A stretch of DNA of 64,000 bases from Bacteroidia bacterium. GTDB lineage: Bacteria; Bacteroidota; Bacteroidia; B-17B0; Aurantibacillaceae. Where the stretch lies: the NCBI GenBank assembly GCA_044221905.1, contig JBGAOE010000004.1, positions 249,675-313,674 of the forward strand, written 5' to 3'. The notes beneath the pieces were generated by a model. The model did no database searches. It was not told where the DNA came from and saw nothing but the letters and a program-made list of their open reading frames with translations. Shown in pieces: positions 1 to 9,441 of the stretch. How positions within the stretch are numbered: position 1 is the stretch's first letter; each line of letters starts with the position of its first letter. Made by a program: the position numbers and the translations under genes.

Positions 1-2
1 GA

Positions 3-257
3 GATAAGGAAAAAAAGTTTGACTGGGCGGTGGAGTTTGACGGCCTGGTGAAAAAAAGCATAGAAGATAACAACAGCGAGCCACTTATCAATTACCAAAA
101 GCTGGGGCAGATAGCTACCATGGCGCATCCTACCAATGATCACTACCTGCCTCTTATGTACAGCATTGGCCTGCGCGATAAAACCGATACATTCGAGTTC
201 TTTAACACAGAATTTGACCTCGGCTCTATCAGCATGCGCAGCGTCATATTCAGTTGA
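3..257 (+). CDS. ygiD: C-terminal part of a DODA/YgiD-type extradiol ring-cleavage dioxygenase (5' end outside window)
   Basis: Frame is open from the window edge. FDWAVEFD...AHPTNDHYLPLMY...GSISMRS matches the YgiD/LigB-family C-terminus. Confidence 0.8.
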   Translation, partial: DKEKKFDWAVEFDGLVKKSIEDNNSEPLINYQKLGQIATMAHPTNDHYLPLMYSIGLRDKTDTFEFFNTEFDLGSISMRSVIFS

Positions 258-339
258 CAAGTCACATTAACTAAAGCCACACTTCTCTCCCCCCCTCATT
301 TCAAAGCACCTGCCACATCAAACCGGCGGTGAGAAATCG

Positions 340-423
340 CTCATACTGCCTGCTCCTTTTGTCTTTCATCTTGAGTCTTTTATCTTGTGTCTTGACTCTT
401 GCTTCCCGCCTCTTACCTCCATT
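340..423. repeat. Degenerate 7-nt periodic pyrimidine-rich array (consensus nTCTTnn)
   Basis: Units from 361: gtctttc atcttga gtctttt atcttgt gtcttga ctcttgc ttcccgc ctcttac. Confidence 0.7.
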
Positions 424-586
424 TTCTTCGACAGTCAGCCACTTTAACCCGTTTAACTGCTTTTTTTCCGGGTACAAATTTCCTGAAAATCTTACATCGG
501 ACAGTAAAGGGCTGTCTTAAGCAAATACCCCCCTTCGGTTTTGCGCAACTTTGTAGTGGGAATTGATTTAATAAATTTTTGAAACC

Positions 587-2068
587 ATGAAAAAAACAGG
601 ATTAAAAGTATTGATGCTGATACTGATAAGCGTAAAAGCGCTTTCGCAAAACACAGGCATCAGCGATGTGGCTCACGCACCCGCTTCATCGGCCGTGCTC
701 GACATTTATTCAACCACAAAAGGCATGCTGGCTCCGCGGCTTACGCTGGCCCAGCGTGGCGCCATAGCCAGTCCTGCCACCGGCCTGCTTGTATATCAAA
801 CAGACGGCGTGCCCGGTTTTTATTATTACACCGGCAGCGCCTGGACCTTAATTTCTTCGGGCTCCAACCAATGGGTAAGCTCAGGCAGCAGTTTGTATTA
901 CAGCTCTGGCTTTACGGGTGTGGGCGTGTCCAACCCAAGCAGCCGCTTAACGGTGAAAGACACCATTGAAATAAGGCGCTCCGGCTCTGTATCGCAGCTG
1001 TTGTTCTCAAATACCTCTGGCTCAGGCGACTTCAGGATTGCCGGCGACGGCGGCGACCTGTTCTGGCAGGGCGGCGGTGGCCGCAACCTTCAAATGGGAT
1101 CGTACTGGGGCACCATCCTCACCGGCGACAGGCAAACCGGAACCGCACTGGCTTTTTCATCGGGCACCGGCGGCACCGGTGTGCTTGTAAAATCGGCCCG
1201 CGACCTGAGCGTGCCCCTTGGCATTCAGCAAAACTCCAGCTCGCAATCGGCCAACCTTACCGAATGGCGCAATGCAAGCGGCACGCCGCTGAGCGTTGTT
1301 ACCAGCAACGGCAGCATGGGCATTGGCACCAGCTCGTTTGATGCCACCAACCCCGAAAAACTGCTGATAGATATGGGCACGACCACATCGGTAAACGCTT
1401 TTTACGCCAAAGGAAGCATTAACAGCTATATGCAGATGAATATCCGCAACATGTCAAGCGGCAACCAGTCGAGCTCCGATATTGTGGCTACCGCCGACAA
1501 CGGCACCGAAACCACCAACTTTATTGACCTGGGCATTAACGGGTCGGGCTATGTATACCAGGCTGGAAATCCTATTGAGACGGGCGCTGCCAACGATGGC
1601 TACCTGCTTTCTTCCGGCGCTGATTTTTACCTGGTGAATAATAATCCTGTCAAAAACATGATCTTTTTGGTGGCAGGTACCTCGTCAACCAACGAAGCCA
1701 TGCGCATCACTCCCGGCGAATTAGTTGGCATTGGCACCACCACGCCACAGGCTAAATTGGATGCCAACGGCAACTTTAAGCTGGGTTCGGCCGGCTCTGT
1801 GCTGAACAGCGTGATTAAAACCAACGTAACGGTTAATGATGCTACCCTGTTTAACTATACCAGCACCCGCACTGTAACAGTAACCGTAACCGGCGCTACC
1901 GTAAACGGCACTGTGATGATGAGCCCAAGGGCTGCCCTTGGCACCGGCCTGGCCGTTGGATGGGCCCGTGTGAGCAGTGCCAATACGGTCACCATTGGGT
2001 TTATTAATACAGACGTCACGTTAAAATCCATAGGCAATGTTGTATTTGATATTACAGTTATCCAATAA
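587..2068 (+). CDS. Secreted tail-fibre-like (probably trimeric beta-fibre) protein, 493 aa, with no T9SS CTD
   Basis: Sec signal ending ...KALSQ, then AVLDIYSTTKGMLAPRLT...PATGLLVYQTDG...GFYYY motif and recurring GIGTxxPxxKL shaft motifs. Ser/Gly/Thr-rich. Confidence 0.65.
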   Translation: MKKTGLKVLMLILISVKALSQNTGISDVAHAPASSAVLDIYSTTKGMLAPRLTLAQRGAIASPATGLLVYQTDGVPGFYYYTGSAWTLISSGSNQWVSSGSSLYYSSGFTGVGVSNPSSRLTVKDTIEIRRSGSVSQLLFSNTSGSGDFRIAGDGGDLFWQGGGGRNLQMGSYWGTILTGDRQTGTALAFSSGTGGTGVLVKSARDLSVPLGIQQNSSSQSANLTEWRNASGTPLSVVTSNGSMGIGTSSFDATNPEKLLIDMGTTTSVNAFYAKGSINSYMQMNIRNMSSGNQSSSDIVATADNGTETTNFIDLGINGSGYVYQAGNPIETGAANDGYLLSSGADFYLVNNNPVKNMIFLVAGTSSTNEAMRITPGELVGIGTTTPQAKLDANGNFKLGSAGSVLNSVIKTNVTVNDATLFNYTSTRTVTVTVTGATVNGTVMMSPRAALGTGLAVGWARVSSANTVTIGFINTDVTLKSIGNVVFDITVIQ

Positions 2069-2079
2069 TCCGGGAGGTT

Positions 2080-4407
2080 ATGAAAAAATCGGCTATTATA
2101 CTTTTTACGTTCAGCAGCCTGTTGTTTTGTGGCCAGGGGCTGGTAAACAACGGCAATACTATTGTTTTGGGCTCAGGCAGCTACCTAGTTGTTAGCGGTG
2201 CAGGCATCGCAAACTCAACCCAGGGCAGCGACGGCAGCTTCGACAACAGCGGCACCATCAGCCTGCAGGGCAATTGGGTGAACAATTCGCCCAACGGGGC
2301 TTTTATCAATTCCGGCACTTCAGGAACCGTTATTTTAAACGGTTCCTCCCAGCAATCTATTGGCGGCACCGCCGGCACTGGGTTCAAAAATCTTACACTT
2401 ACAAACAGCGCGGGTGCGTTGCTTACAAGCAGCGCTACCTTAAAAGGCACCTTAAATGTGAGCAACGGTATCTTTAACACCAATGGAAATAATTTCACCC
2501 TGCTTTCAGATGCATTGAACACAGCCCGCATTGCACCCATTACGGGCGATATCAGCGGAAATATTACGATGCAGCGGTACATGACAACCAGCGTAGCGGG
2601 GTGGCGGGTAGTGGCCGCCCCTGTTACCGGTGCCACACTGGGCAGCTGGGAGGATAACTTTGTGATGACCGGCTTTACCGGCGCCACTTATCCCATGACC
2701 CCTTTTGTATCGGTTTACACATACACCGAAAGCGCTGCCGGCAATTACAGCATTGGATATTTGCCTGCCACCAACATCAGCAATCCTATTACGCCCGGTG
2801 TGGGCTATTGGTGCTATATGAGCGCCGGCCCGGTAACTGTGGATGTGACAGGACCTCCTGTAAAATTTAACCAGACCTTCACAGTTAGCTATACGCCCAG
2901 CACAGGGCCAACCGACGACGGATATTGCATGCTCGGCAACCCTTACCCCTCTTCCATCGACTGGTCATCACCATCGTGGACAAAAACAAACATCAACAAT
3001 GCTATTTATATCTGGAATTCTCAACTGCAGCAGTATTCCAGCTGGGTGGCCGGCGTGGGCACCAACGGGGGCTCCAACATTATTGCTTCTTCGCAGGCCT
3101 TTTGGGTGCAGGCCAATGCCGCTTCGCCGGTATTGCAATGCAACGAAAATGTAAAATCAGAAACCGACCAGTCTTTCATCCGGCCGGCAAACGGGGTACA
3201 ATCCCATTACATGAACCTGAAACTGTTTGGCAACGGTTATTCCGATGAAACGTATATTCGTTTTGATGCCGGTGCCACCAGCCAGTTTGATCCTGCACTC
3301 GACGCCCGAAAATTTCCGAGCGATAACGACCAGGTACCTTCCTTAAGCTCCATCGATTCCTCGCTGGCTGATATGTCCATCAACAGTTTTCCGCTGCCGG
3401 TATCAAACCTTTCCATCCCGCTGAGAACCACCGTGGGTGCTTCGGGCACTTATACCATCACCGGCGACAGCCTGCTGCACATGCCTTTTGGCTCGTGCCT
3501 GGTGCTGGAAGACCTGGTGACCGGCATTATGACAGACCTGAGAACGACCACGTCTTATACCTTCAGCATCGACGACACCACGGCTGCTCCGCGCTTCCTG
3601 CTGCACCTCGGTAAGCCTATAGACGTATCTTCCATTGCCAGCAGCTGCTACAACTTTAGCGATGGCAAAGCTATTGCCAAAGGCAATGGCAGCGGACCAT
3701 GGACCTATAACTGGTACAACAGCTCCAACACCCTCATTTCATCGTTGCCCAACTCGGTACAGCCCGACACGGTTTTAAACCTGTCCGCTGGCGTGTATTT
3801 TGTAAAAATCACAGATCCTAACAGCGTGTGTGGCGTTACTACCAACAGTGTTGAAATCGGTCAGCCGGAGCTCATACTTGCTTCCTTTAATTTTTTAAGA
3901 GACACTGTATTTCTGAACCAAAACGACAGCCTGGTGATTACCAATACCTCGTCGGGCACCGCCGTTTACAGCTGGAATTTTGGCGATGGCAGCACTCCCG
4001 AAACCGGCTTTACTCCCGGCCGCCATGGTTACAACACGCCGGGCGTTTACACGGTTGAGCTTACAGCCGGCCAGGGCAATTGTTTTTCAACCTTCAGTAA
4101 AACAGTTACCGTTATGCATCTTAACGCTGTAGGCATTAACGAAAACGAGCCTGCTCTTGTTTCCACTGCCCCGGTTATTTTTCCGAATCCCAGCAACGGG
4201 CGCTTTTACATTCAGCTTCAAAACACGTTAAGTCAGAATGTAAAACTGGAGCTTTATTCACTTTCGGGCACGTTTGTTTACAGCCAGGATGTGAACGGAG
4301 GCATTACCGAAACCGATGTAAGCCATTTGTCAAAAGGAGTTTATATTTACAGGCTGGTGCCGGGTGGCTTAGGCCGGCCCATTAACGGTAAGCTGATCAT
4401 CGAATAA
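2080..4407 (+). CDS. T9SS type-A sorted surface protein with a PKD domain, 775 aa
   Basis: Signal peptide, LGNPYPSSIDW motif, PKD signature YSWNFGDG...YNTPGVYTVEL, and C-terminal IFPNPSNG...KGVYIY...KLIIE. Confidence 0.85.
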   Translation: MKKSAIILFTFSSLLFCGQGLVNNGNTIVLGSGSYLVVSGAGIANSTQGSDGSFDNSGTISLQGNWVNNSPNGAFINSGTSGTVILNGSSQQSIGGTAGTGFKNLTLTNSAGALLTSSATLKGTLNVSNGIFNTNGNNFTLLSDALNTARIAPITGDISGNITMQRYMTTSVAGWRVVAAPVTGATLGSWEDNFVMTGFTGATYPMTPFVSVYTYTESAAGNYSIGYLPATNISNPITPGVGYWCYMSAGPVTVDVTGPPVKFNQTFTVSYTPSTGPTDDGYCMLGNPYPSSIDWSSPSWTKTNINNAIYIWNSQLQQYSSWVAGVGTNGGSNIIASSQAFWVQANAASPVLQCNENVKSETDQSFIRPANGVQSHYMNLKLFGNGYSDETYIRFDAGATSQFDPALDARKFPSDNDQVPSLSSIDSSLADMSINSFPLPVSNLSIPLRTTVGASGTYTITGDSLLHMPFGSCLVLEDLVTGIMTDLRTTTSYTFSIDDTTAAPRFLLHLGKPIDVSSIASSCYNFSDGKAIAKGNGSGPWTYNWYNSSNTLISSLPNSVQPDTVLNLSAGVYFVKITDPNSVCGVTTNSVEIGQPELILASFNFLRDTVFLNQNDSLVITNTSSGTAVYSWNFGDGSTPETGFTPGRHGYNTPGVYTVELTAGQGNCFSTFSKTVTVMHLNAVGINENEPALVSTAPVIFPNPSNGRFYIQLQNTLSQNVKLELYSLSGTFVYSQDVNGGITETDVSHLSKGVYIYRLVPGGLGRPINGKLIIE

Positions 4408-4433
4408 TACAACACGCACAACCATACAATAGC

Positions 4434-4462
4434 AAAGCCGGCAAACTTTTTTGCCGGCTTTT
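4434..4462 (+). terminator. Intrinsic terminator
   Basis: aaagccggcaaa / tttgccggcttt stem followed by T, downstream of the 4407 stop. Confidence 0.8.
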
Positions 4463-4534
4463 AAAATTTAGTGGTGAACGTTTGTTTTTAGCGTCCTATT
4501 ATAGTTAACAGTTGAATTATTAAACTAATTGCCA

Positions 4535-4684
4535 CATTAAGCGAATGTCTAAAAGTGTAGCTGATGATTTAAGGTCGCGACTCCCGGCACAAGTTCGGGA
4601 TAAGTTCCGCTCGACCTGACGTCAAAGCACCATGCAAAACTTGTTTCAACATCTCTTGACACTCTGAAACGAGTTCAGAGTGAC
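4535..4684. repeat. Composite REP-like palindromic element carrying a 24-nt hairpin insert (4582-4605)
   Basis: ggtcgcgac[tcccggcacaagttcgggataagt]tccgctcgacctgac is homologous to 36393-36416. It is followed by catgcaaaacttgtttcaacatct and ctctgaaacgagttcagagtgac hairpins. Confidence 0.75.
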
Positions 4685-4757
4685 TTCGATATTTTAATCT
4701 TCTGGCTGTCAGCCAACCTTTGACTGTAACACTCTTTTTTAGGCTATTAAACAAAAC

Positions 4758-6620
4758 CTATTTCACAACCAGTTTTTTTACTTCGGAGGCATAGGCGCTT
4801 TTTATCTTCAAAAGATAAATGCCTTTTTTAATTCCAAATGCATTCAGGTCGATGGAAATTTTTTGTTTGTCAACCAACATACTGTTTAGCGAAACCAGCT
4901 GTTTGCCGCCAAGGTCACACAGCTGCAGTTCCAATATGTTTTCCAGGCTGCCTCTATCAAGGCTCAGAGTTACCATGCCGTTTTCCTCAACCGGGTTGGG
5001 AAAAACATTGAATTCGCCGGTTTCTTCTATGTGCGCGGTGGTAATATCAACGTACCTTTCGCCGCCATCGGTATCGGTTTGTTTTAACCGGTAATAATTA
5101 ATCCCGCTAAACGGCTGCAGGTCATATGCCTTGTAAGTTTGTTTCACCAGGCTGGTGCCATTGCCTTTCACAGTGGCCAGCGCATTAAAATAAAAACCGT
5201 TATTACTTCTTTCCACCGTAAAAAAGGCATTGTTCTTTTCAGAAGACGTCACCCAGGTTAATTTAACCTTATCACTTTCAATCAAAGCGTTAAAAGAGAT
5301 CAGCTCCACCGGCAATACGCCATAAGCGCCGGAAATAATACCCGCACCGTTGGATCCGCCGCCACCCGACGCATAGCTGCCGCCGCCCGAATCGTTGGCC
5401 CCGCCGGTGCCATTGTTTACCTGTGTGGCTACATTTAAGGTAGGCTGCGCAATGGCATAAATAACCACGCCCTGCCCGCCGCCGGCACCGCCGCCGTGTG
5501 AGCCGCTGTTGGTAACGCTGCCTCCGTTTCCTCCGCTGGCGGTGATGGTAAGCGGGCACGTGGCATTGATTGAAAACGTGGAAGCCTGTACAATGATAGT
5601 TCCTGCGGCACCGCCCCCGCCGGCCCCATCGTTACCACTGTTGGCAGCGGTATTGCCGTTGGCCGAAATGCGGATGGTATTGCTGCACGTAGTATTGGTA
5701 ACCAGCGTATTGGTTTTTATTAAAATAATACCGCCGCCGGTTCCACCTGCGGTGCCAAGATTATTATTCTGCTGGCCACCACCGCCGCCGCCGCCCATAA
5801 AAATGCGATCCTTGCTTATGTATGAAGAAAGCGTAACGCCACCCAAACCGTAACCCGAGTTGCCGGTATTGCATTGCCAGCCAAGGCCGCCGTTACCGCC
5901 CGAGGTATAATTGGATCCGCCTCCACCACCCGAATTATTCTGGCTGCCGCCACCGCCGCCGCTTGCTATTTTGCCGCGGCCGTTGGTAAAATTTGTATTC
6001 GTATTCTTATAAATACCTTCACCTTTAAAGGCTTTTAAATTCGAATTAGTGATGTATACGCTGTTGTCGCAGGCTTCGTCGGCACTGGCCGATGAAGCCC
6101 CGCCTAAAAAGCCCAGGCCATCTGCCACCACGCGGTGATTAAGGGTAAGCGTGCTGTTGGTTTCAATGGCAAGCACACCGCCTACATTTCCATCCCACGC
6201 CAGCGCCGTAATGGTGTTGGTGGTGGTGTAGTTATTGCCAAGGTTTCTGAAGCTGATCACCTGGGCGGAAGAATTGGTGCCGGTATTGTAGGTTCTGGTA
6301 AGCGCCGCGGTAAGCGTCATAGAGGTGGCCGCCGTGGCCGAAATTACTGCAATTTCGTAATTACCGGCATTTGAAATACCCGCTATGTCGCCAAACGTGT
6401 TTACGTTAGTGGTATTCGTGCCTATCACATCGTCCTGCATTTGCATCACCACCACCTTTTCGCCGGCCACAAAAGAGTGGTTGGCCTGGTTTACATTGGA
6501 AAGGGTTAAAACGCTGTTTCCACTCACAGCGGTAATTTTTGCATAGGCATTTAAAATAATCTGGGAGCTTGCCCTAAAGACAAAAAGCGAAAATAACACC
6601 GCAAGATAAAAAAGCCGCAT
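4758..6620 (-). CDS. T9SS type-A sorted protein with a glycine-rich domain, 620 aa
   Basis: Signal peptide, WDGNVGGVLA motif, many GGGG runs, VLPVELISFNA linker, and CTD VFPNP...KGIYLLKI...KKLVVK. Confidence 0.85.
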   Translation of the reverse strand: MRLFYLAVLFSLFVFRASSQIILNAYAKITAVSGNSVLTLSNVNQANHSFVAGEKVVVMQMQDDVIGTNTTNVNTFGDIAGISNAGNYEIAVISATAATSMTLTAALTRTYNTGTNSSAQVISFRNLGNNYTTTNTITALAWDGNVGGVLAIETNSTLTLNHRVVADGLGFLGGASSASADEACDNSVYITNSNLKAFKGEGIYKNTNTNFTNGRGKIASGGGGGSQNNSGGGGGSNYTSGGNGGLGWQCNTGNSGYGLGGVTLSSYISKDRIFMGGGGGGGQQNNNLGTAGGTGGGIILIKTNTLVTNTTCSNTIRISANGNTAANSGNDGAGGGGAAGTIIVQASTFSINATCPLTITASGGNGGSVTNSGSHGGGAGGGQGVVIYAIAQPTLNVATQVNNGTGGANDSGGGSYASGGGGSNGAGIISGAYGVLPVELISFNALIESDKVKLTWVTSSEKNNAFFTVERSNNGFYFNALATVKGNGTSLVKQTYKAYDLQPFSGINYYRLKQTDTDGGERYVDITTAHIEETGEFNVFPNPVEENGMVTLSLDRGSLENILELQLCDLGGKQLVSLNSMLVDKQKISIDLNAFGIKKGIYLLKIKSAYASEVKKLVVK

Positions 6621-6754
6621 AACACAGTGTATTTAGAATTCACAATAAAGATACAAAAAATAGGGATTTTCGTTTTGGGCACCGGTGCATACAATTAACA
6701 AGCCCGGGTTAAGAACCCGGGCCTGCACTTTTTTAAACCTGATATCGGCTAATT

Positions 6755-8110
6755 TTATTTTCCCGATTTTATTTTTTCGTTCATCTCTTTTCCTTTTGCC
6801 TCATTGCCTGTTATTAAATACAGCTTGCGCAAGGCAATCATGGTGGGCATATCGTCGGGCTTCATGGTAAGCGCCTGCTCCAGGTAAGGAATGGCTTTTT
6901 TGTAATACTCCTGGCTCAGCGCCTCGTTTTCTTTCTGCACTTTGGCCGCTTCGGTAATTTTAGCCGGTTTGCGGTTGGCAATGGTGCCGCCGTAGTTATT
7001 ATAAAGAGCACCCAGGTTAAACACCAGGTTATAATAATACTCTTTATTTTCGGGCTTCAGCTCCACGCCTTTTAAATAGCTGGTTTCAGCATTTTTAAAC
7101 AACTCGTCAAAATTGGCCGGTTTTTCAAGGTCCTTGTTGGTGACTTTATCCTTAGGATTGGCCATGGCATCGTAAATCTGGCCCGAGATCAGGTAAAACA
7201 CCGGGTTTTTGGGATCTTTTTCGATCGAAGCCTTAATGTTATTGAGCGCCTCCTGCTGCTTGCCCTTGGCCAGGTAATAATCTGTTTCCTTGTTCATCAG
7301 GGCAATGTCTGAAGGAAAAACCTGCCGCCCCTTTTTTAAAGCATCCAGCGCCGTTGCCGAATCGCCTTTTTGCAAATTGGCAGTGTAAATCGATTCGTAA
7401 TTATACGCCATACCAAGCTTAGCGTCTATCATTTTTTTATTATAGTCCAGTACCTTATCTGTATTTTTTGCCTTGGCGGCTGCAATACAGGCATTGTAAA
7501 AATCGGCGGTGTCTTTGGTTTTATACAGCACCGTATTCATAAACGCGGTTTTATAAAAATAGTCAGCCGCCTCGTCGTATTTTTTGGCTTTATATTTTCC
7601 CGATGCAATGTTGCCCGCTTCCATTTTTATCTGCTGGGCCACCAGCGCAAATTTCAGCTCCTCTTCCTCAAGGCTCGAGGTGCCTTTAGCCAGCCCTTCC
7701 TGGATATTCTCCATGTATTTTGGATCTACGTCCTGTATTTTCACAATCGCCTCGCTGGCCGCTTCAAAATCGGTTAATTTAGTATTGCCATAAGCTACCA
7801 GCACACGCTCGTTCTTATCGGCAATGCCTTCCAGCTTCTTCAGCTCCTGGTTCAGGTCGTATTGAAACTGTGCGTAGCTGATGCGGCATTTATAGGCATG
7901 GGTTTTCCCCTTATTTTTGGTGTCTTCGTTCTGCAGGGCCAGGTCAATGGCTTCCTTGGCTTTGTTCAGGTAATTAAGGTCGGGCTTGCCTTCCGATACG
8001 GTTGTTTCATAATCGGTGAGCGAGCGCCAGGCGGCCTGCACCTTGCCTTTTTGGGCAAAGGCCGAGCCGGTTACTGCAACAAAAGCAAAAAAACAGGTTA
8101 GTTTACGCAT
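6755..8110 (-). CDS. Periplasmic tetratricopeptide-repeat protein, 451 aa
   Basis: Signal peptide ending ...SAFAQ, TPR helices (ALDALKKGRQVFPSD; FNLGALYNN; AIPYLEQALTMKPDD). Confidence 0.8.
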   Translation of the reverse strand: MRKLTCFFAFVAVTGSAFAQKGKVQAAWRSLTDYETTVSEGKPDLNYLNKAKEAIDLALQNEDTKNKGKTHAYKCRISYAQFQYDLNQELKKLEGIADKNERVLVAYGNTKLTDFEAASEAIVKIQDVDPKYMENIQEGLAKGTSSLEEEELKFALVAQQIKMEAGNIASGKYKAKKYDEAADYFYKTAFMNTVLYKTKDTADFYNACIAAAKAKNTDKVLDYNKKMIDAKLGMAYNYESIYTANLQKGDSATALDALKKGRQVFPSDIALMNKETDYYLAKGKQQEALNNIKASIEKDPKNPVFYLISGQIYDAMANPKDKVTNKDLEKPANFDELFKNAETSYLKGVELKPENKEYYYNLVFNLGALYNNYGGTIANRKPAKITEAAKVQKENEALSQEYYKKAIPYLEQALTMKPDDMPTMIALRKLYLITGNEAKGKEMNEKIKSGK

Positions 8111-8181
8111 AATGGTCTGAAATTTTTATAGTACTTAAAGATATGGGATAGAATTTTGTAAAGAGCAAAGAACAGGTTATC

Positions 8182-9321
8182 TTATTTATATTTTTCGGCT
8201 TTTTCGGTTTCGCCCAGGCGCAGGCACAGCTGTCGCAGGATCTGCTTTGTTTTTTTGTCCTTGGTGGTCTCGTACGAGGTTTCAAAATAACCCACAGCTT
8301 TTTTAAAGTAGTCGTTCGATTTGGTTTCGTACTCTTTTGTTTTAGGGTCTTTGGGTGGCAGGGCATTCAGCTTGTCGTTCCACTCTTTGCCCGAGCTATA
8401 GTACAGCACTGCCAGGTTATACACCGCAGGCTCGTAATCCGCTTTCAGCTCCACCGATTTTAAATATTCTTTTTCAGCGTCTTCAACGTGATTGGTACCG
8501 CGGTATAAATTGGCCAGCACAAAGTGCAGCACCTCGTTATCGGGCGATACGTCAATGGCCGATTTCAGCTTGTCCTTCAACACATCGGTCTTTTTGCGTG
8601 CAATGTAAATATCCAGCTCCGAAGTGATCAGGTCCATGTTATCCTCAAACATCAGCTTGCCTTTTTCGATATAGCTCAGCGCACCGGCAGTATCTTTGTC
8701 CAAAAGAGAGATTTTTACCATGTCGGTGTATATGCGCGGCTCTTTGTATTTTATCTCAATCAGCTTATTGGCATACTCCTTGGTTTTCTCCTTATTTCCC
8801 GAGTTTTTATACACTTCAAATTTGTAGTACATCAGTTTTTCTTTGGTGATGTTGTTGCGCTTAATGCCACCGTCAAAATCATAGGGCAATGACGTTTCCA
8901 GCAGGTCGTAGGCCGCAACGGCTTTGTCGTACTCCTTATTCATCTTATAGTAATTGGCAGCATTGCTTACGGCTGCGGTGGTACCCACCAGGTAGCCCTT
9001 CACCTCGTCTTTGTAAACCAGGTCTTTATCCAGCTTCAGGCAAGCCACATAAGACTCCAGCGCTTTTTCAGGAGCCTGGAGATCTGTTTTACGAACGGCC
9101 TCGGAGGTGTCTGAATAAATGGCCCTGTAAACGTTGCCACGGTACATCCACATTTTTGCCGAGCCTTTTGTGCTTTCGTGCACGGCAGCAGCATCGGCAG
9201 AAGCCTTGGCTTTTACATAATCTTTGTTACGCAGATAGTTCACCATGTTTTGCACCTGCATGTTTTGCCCGTAACCAAATGCAGCTACAAGAAGAAATAA
9301 AAAGATAACGCCTTTTTTCAT
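8182..9321 (-). CDS. Periplasmic tetratricopeptide-repeat protein, 379 aa, paralogue of 6755-8110
   Basis: Signal peptide, TPR motifs (LANLYRG...AEKEYLKSVELKADYEPAVYNLAVLYY). Confidence 0.8.
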   Translation of the reverse strand: MKKGVIFLFLLVAAFGYGQNMQVQNMVNYLRNKDYVKAKASADAAAVHESTKGSAKMWMYRGNVYRAIYSDTSEAVRKTDLQAPEKALESYVACLKLDKDLVYKDEVKGYLVGTTAAVSNAANYYKMNKEYDKAVAAYDLLETSLPYDFDGGIKRNNITKEKLMYYKFEVYKNSGNKEKTKEYANKLIEIKYKEPRIYTDMVKISLLDKDTAGALSYIEKGKLMFEDNMDLITSELDIYIARKKTDVLKDKLKSAIDVSPDNEVLHFVLANLYRGTNHVEDAEKEYLKSVELKADYEPAVYNLAVLYYSSGKEWNDKLNALPPKDPKTKEYETKSNDYFKKAVGYFETSYETTKDKKTKQILRQLCLRLGETEKAEKYK

Positions 9322-9344
9322 GTTTTAAGTTTAATTGTTCTGTT

Positions 9345-9379
9345 AAAAAAAAGCCACCAGGAATATTCCCGGTGGCTTT
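9345..9379 (-). terminator. Intrinsic terminator after the M16 peptidase gene
   Basis: On the minus strand aaagccaccggg...ctggtggc followed by T8. Confidence 0.75.
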
Positions 9380-9441
9380 GTATGTTGTTATATTATGCTT
9401 GCATTATAATGATTGACACAAAGATTGTGTTTTTACATTAT

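Noticed and set aside
587-2068. Prophage remnant, suggested by the tail-fibre-like gene
   Set aside because: No capsid, terminase, integrase or lysis genes nearby. The protein has a Sec signal and host-like base composition.
4569-4754. 61-aa ORF across the REP composite
   Set aside because: It is a translation of palindromic repeat DNA, with no coding features.
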